A DNA stretch of 35,852 nt from Guillardia theta CCMP2712 (Eukaryota > Protista > Cryptophyta): NCBI RefSeq assembly GCF_000315625.1, contig NW_005434486.1:57783-93634 (forward strand), in the 5' to 3' direction. The stretch's first letter is position 1, and the number at the start of each line of letters is the position of its first letter. The notes under the pieces are model-generated. The model searched no databases, was not told the origin of the DNA, and saw only the letters and a program-made list of their open reading frames with translations. The position numbers and the translations under genes are program-made. Positions 31,081 through 35,852 of the stretch are shown here, piece after piece.

Positions 31081-32747
31081 TTTTCATCTCTTCTCTGCTT
31101 TAATTTACATGTTTTTGCACTATTCAGCCAGACATCACGAATGAAGTATGTCAGCAACAGGATCACTAGCAAAAACGCGCTTCTCTTCCCACCCTCTTCT
31201 CTGGTTTCTCTGATAGCCCTCATCAAGAATTATCCTGCTCCTTTCCTCTATCCAATCTCTCTACTCTCCTCTTGTTGACTTCCATTCCCACCCCGTTTCC
31301 TTCCCGCTTCTGCCTCCAGCTTCCTGCCCTTCCTCCCGCTTCCTGCTAATATCCTGCATATCCATTCGGCCTTGACGTATTTTACAGATTTTAAACCCAC
31401 CTCCCTCTGACGAGAACAAAGCACCCCCTACCCCATGAGACACAGCTTGTACCCCACCCCTCAGCCAATATTACCGGTCCTTTTGACTATCAAATCACCC
31501 GTACTCAGGGTTTTCAGAAAAATCTTTTCCATTACCCGTCATCAGGTCATCAACCCATAAATAGATTCCTATGACCCTGGCCTACGACCTGCCTATGTTT
31601 GGAGTTGCTGGTACATATTCTGATTCAGAGACGGGGTGATTGACTTGGTAGGTAGGGTACCAAGAATGGAGATAGAGACAGTAAAAAGGGTAGGGTACTT
31701 TTAGTATAACGAAGGGTGGGGGTATCACAAGGGGGTGAAGAACTCGGAGATTGTACTGCGCGACGTTTAAATCGTATTGTAGAAGTTTACATCCGATGAG
31801 GGGTGGGTACTGAAATGCTCCGCTGACCCGGAGTGGCAGGTAAACACCCCTCCAAACATCTGCAAATGAAGGGGTGGTTTCATAACACTTTTCCGACAAA
31901 TGGGCTGGGGGGTGGGTGGGTCAATTGTGATATCTCATTCAGACCTTTCTGGGGAATGTCATAGGGAGCTATATCGAGGTGCTAGCAAGTGACAATTTTG
32001 TAGCTCGGTCATATCTGATTTTACACGTTCCTTTGACCAGGTCCTAGAAAGCCATAGCTGACCTATTGCATGCAATAAAAAGTACTATGCCGGTCTTAGG
32101 AAAGTCCTAGCTACCATATGACATGACTTGAAGAAGTAAAAATGAAAAATCATCAAACTCTGGAGGCCAGGTTCGGGTGTTTTTTTTTCTAGTGGTACCC
32201 CTACCCCCTATTTTAGCTCATAAACAACCCCTGTTCAGTCCGTCCTTGACTCGACAAACCGTGATAGCCCCTCGTCCGCATGACCACCTTCCCAGGGGTC
32301 CCCCATTTCGAAGGTCATTCGAGGGGTCCTCGTCACAAGGGGTCACCCACTTTACAAATGAAGACATCGAGCGCTTCGGGGCTGTCCGGTACGGTGCGGT
32401 ACAGAACCTGCTAATGGTCAGTACTGACTGGGGACGAGGTACACAGACCAAGGGGATGCAGCGGCGACCAGTCAGGCTGTCCGACGGTCACTCGCAGTGA
32501 TCGTCTAGCAGTTGAAGGTTGTTCCTAGAGGGGATCAGGAGCTCCTCAAGACAGACATGACCGTTTGTCTCATGGGTAACCTGGATCACTCGGACGAACG
32601 GCGGCAGCGCTGCTGCTGATAGTCTGCGGTGACTTTGTTGCATACGCGTCATTGGGGCGCCCTGCTGAGGGTCGCGACTCGGATAGGATCGAGCAGGGAC
32701 CTAGGTCACGTATGGGACAGTAGGAGAAGAAGGAGAAGAACTCAAGC

Positions 32748-33673
32748 ATGGAAGGTCAGTATGTGCAGTCGTGGACGGCCCTTGGACTGCCAGCACAAGT
32801 TGATCAGGCAGCGTGATAGAAGGCAAGGGATCAGCCAAGACAAGAAGAAACCTTGGGCTTCTTGACAGAGAAAGATGGAAGGCATTTCAACAAGGATGTC
32901 ATCCTTGTAGCTGCCCTCTTACAGGAGAGCTCACGACTAGCCTTCTAGCTCCCTTGCACCCGAAGGGAGCGAGGACCCATCTCCTTCTCCGCTCAGCTCA
33001 GGGTGTATTGCGCAGCCGTTGGAGAACCATTATGGTTTTTTCCATGCAGAAGAACTTAAAACATTAAAGTACAATCAGAAAAAGTGTGTTGAGCACAGAA
33101 AACGACCCTATCCGTGTGATAATCTCCAGTCAAAATTCACTCCTCCTCTCCCCTCCCTTCTCCCCCCTCCCTCCTCCCTCCTCCCTCCTCCCTCCTCCCT
33201 CCTCCCTCCTCCCTCCTCCTCCACTGCCTTTCTCTCCTTCATCCCTTCTTCTTTCGACCCATCTTTCCTCCCCCCCTCATCAGCACCTGAAGGACTGGGC
33301 CATCGCGGCGGACGATCCGGGATATACGGAGTCCTTCTGTAGGCGAAGGGAAGGAGTTGGGGTAGAGTCTTTTGATGGATTTCAGAATCGCCTCTCATGC
33401 TCTTGTATACTTGTGCTCTTCATGTGCGACCTCTACATGCGAAAGCAACATCACGGTACGGTCAAGGAGGCTCTAAGTCAGATCCGGACAGAATCCTTCA
33501 TAGGAGAGCTCACTGTCACGTGCTTGAGGAGGCAGGACCCCTCATCCTACTGGCCGAAACACCCGTGGGAGGACAACAGAGAGGCACGAGCCCTTACCTG
33601 TTCCTCAGAATGGCACGGTGAGTCCCGCAGGGCACTCGGAGCGCGAAGAGGAGCAGCGTCGGGTAGCAAGTGA
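32748..33673 (+). CDS. Hypothetical small multi-exon protein
   Basis: Coding-like segments (LENHYGFFHAEELKTL; HLKDWAIAADDPGYTESF; QHHGTVKEALSQ..WPKHPWED) separated by candidate introns. No motif. Confidence 0.3.
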
Positions 33674-34015
33674 AGGCGTCGGAAGACTTCGCCTTTCTCG
33701 AAACAAATTGCGGCAGATGCGCGGTACCGGTCCACTGTCAGAAGACTAGTACGTTTGAGTAAAGACTCGGTATTGCGGTCTTGGTAACTTGCGTTTGAGG
33801 AGTGACTCCACAGTCGGACCCCCGCCCGGGCCCCGGCGGGCGGAGTATCACCGTGACTCAGAGGCCCGGTGCTGCCCAGTGACGGACCGGACATCTCGCC
33901 GGGCCTTGCAAGTGACTGGACTGTTCGTTTGGTAGGAAACGCCGCAATGGTGGTCGTGGTCGAGGACGACGCCGCAGATGGCGCGATGGCAGCAAGGTGA
34001 AGGGCCGAGGAAGGC

Positions 34016-35258
34016 ATGGAAAGTTCGAGGAACTCTTGCAGGTATGCTGTAGGAGGGGGAGATTCCTAGCTGAGGGTACACATGGCAGGGAGGAGGAGGA
34101 AGACCTTCTGGAAGGTGTACTGCTCAAGCGAGGAGGTTTGTTCTCTGGTGAGAAAATCCCCTCCGTGTGCTGCTCCTTTAATGATTGAACGACGGATTTC
34201 TATCATCCTGTGACAGAGTTGCGATGCAGGATGGAAGGAGAGGCTCTTTGTTCTCACAACCAAGCACATCGTGTACTACGAGTCTGGGAAGTAAGTGGGC
34301 AGAGAAAACGTTTCTTCCCCTTCTTTGTCGATGTGCTCAGCTACATGCTTGCATCCAGGTCATGCACAATCAAGGGATCCATCCCTCTCAGCCAGGTATT
34401 TGACCGCTATCTTCCTCCTCCTCCTCCTCCTCCTCCTCCTCCTCCTCCTCCTCCTCCTCCTCTTTGAAACGTTTTCCCTCACACTCGGGAATTCTCTCAG
34501 GTCAAATCTTTGGACTCGCTCCCAGAGAAGAAGCACGGGAAGCGATTCTGCATGGCGATATGCAGTCCGAGCACAACATGGGTGGTGAGTTTGAAGATCA
34601 CTGATCCTGATCAACCACACAATGATAACGATAAACGTCTGATCTCTTGTTACTTGTAACATTCCATTCCTTCACCTCTCGTTATGTTTCACATTGTATG
34701 TTCGATTACAGCGTCGTCACATGTGTGCATGCAGGTCAGAGCAGACACAGAGTCAGACTTCAACCGCTGGAGGGACGCGATAAGAAACGCCATCGCCAAC
34801 GGTTTGTGCGGAGGAGCAAGTCGAAATTTCTCCCACTGACACGATTCACGGCCAGCAAAACCAAAAGCTCCACAGTTTGGGGAAGTTTCAAGTTTTCTGA
34901 GTGCAGCAGGACATCTGAACACATCGAATGATCCTGCAAACCTGCAAGACATCGAGTCTCCAACATCTCCTGCACAAAACGACGGAGAGAAATGTCAGTT
35001 TCCGGGTCAGAAAGTTGAGCAGCTCAGCAAGATGAAGGTTGTACTGCTGCTGCTGCTGCTAATGATGATGATGATGGCGATGATGATTGAGATGATGATG
35101 ATGGAGATGGGAGATGATGATCACCATCACCATCACCATCACCATCAGAAGATGGTGGAAATGATGATGATGGTAGTTACAGTTGTACTGCTTGAGTTTG
35201 AGATGATGGAGGAGATACGGATTCTTCTTCTTCTTCTTCTCCTTCTTTTTCTTCTTCT

Positions 35259-35298
<40 letters not shown>

Positions 35299-35852
35299 AT
35301 GATGGACGACAATGAAGGAGATGTAGAAAGAGGATGATTGATGACAGTGTCGATTTGTTTCCTCCTCCTGCTGATTCGTTTCTCTGCAGATTGTTCAGCA
35401 TGCGAAGCTTGAGGTACACAAGAGGGTTGAACTGCAAAAGTTCGATGTGACCTGGAATGCAGGATGTGTATACAATTGGTCGTGTGATAGATCAGGGCAA
35501 CAATGGAAAGGTGAGAGCAGGGAGGGTTTTCTCTTTCAGAGCTGTAGGAATGTGATGATTTTCAGGTGTTTGAAGGCGTGGACAAGCGAAGTGGGGAACG
35601 AGTAGCGATCAAGCAGATAGATGTGGGATCGAGGTCAGAATTCCGATGTGATGTTTGTCTTGTTTTGATGCTGTTGGGTATTTGTTGTCAGCGTTGAAGA
35701 TGACCGCAATCACATGGAGATCTGGCAACAAGTACTGTTTGCTTGGTCCGTCTTTTCATCGTCTGACAAGACCGAAAGGTTCAACATGAGCACGTTGTTC
35801 GGCTGCTGGACTTCTATCAGACGCCTTCACAGGTACGATGATGAACATGGAA
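34016..35852 (+). CDS. PH-domain Ser/Thr protein kinase, many small exons, truncated by the window end
   Basis: Splicing gives LLEGVLLKRGGLFSG|WKERLFVLTTKHIVYYESGK|SCTIKGSIPLSQ|VKSLD..FCMAICSPSTTWV|VRADTESDFNRWRDAIRNAI (PH). After a linker comes IVQHAKLE|DVYTIGRVIDQGNNGK|VFEGVDKRSGERVAIKQI..|VQHEHVVRLLDFYQ (kinase subdomains I-IV). Confidence 0.85.
35045..35345. repeat. Compound trinucleotide microsatellites (CTG, GAT, CAC/CAT, CTT) in a kinase intron
   Basis: Lies within predicted intron 35038-35389 (GTTGTA..CTGCAG). Confidence 0.88.

Noticed and set aside
35032-35437. ORFs with poly-Met/His/Leu or poly-Ala/Glu
   Set aside because: They lie in or antisense to the microsatellite-filled intron 35038-35389 of the PH-kinase.

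Overview
Gene-dense eukaryotic nuclear DNA with many short (about 45-70 nt) spliceosomal introns, microsatellite-filled longer introns and one protein with a signal peptide + ASSF bipartite plastid leader. This points to an alga with a secondary red plastid; the style resembles a cryptophyte such as Guillardia, which is inference only. Gene models were assembled by hand from splice sites and protein motifs. In order: a Brr2/ASCC3-type double-cassette helicase (-) with an apparent frameshift and a dead second cassette, a NIMA/NEK kinase (+), the mitochondrial calcium uniporter MCU (-), a cNMP-binding + PH protein (-), a hypothetical gene (+), a 6.3-kb intronless NLR-like gene (+), a tail-to-tail pair of paralogous secreted/GPI-like proteins, a plastid-targeted LPA3/DUF1995-WW fusion (+), two hypotheticals, and a PH-domain Ser/Thr kinase running off the right edge. 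The most striking element is the NLR-like gene. Its N-terminus carries an H/D/C motif pattern resembling the bacterial Tox-HDC toxin peptidase, followed by NACHT, pentapeptide and WD40 regions. It also holds a 96%-identical internal WD40 duplication whose changes cluster at predicted binding-face residues, and a 72-bp-arm hairpin lies just downstream. Separately, several intergenic tracts are almost devoid of GpC while rich in GGGT/ACCC, which may be a mutational or methylation signature.
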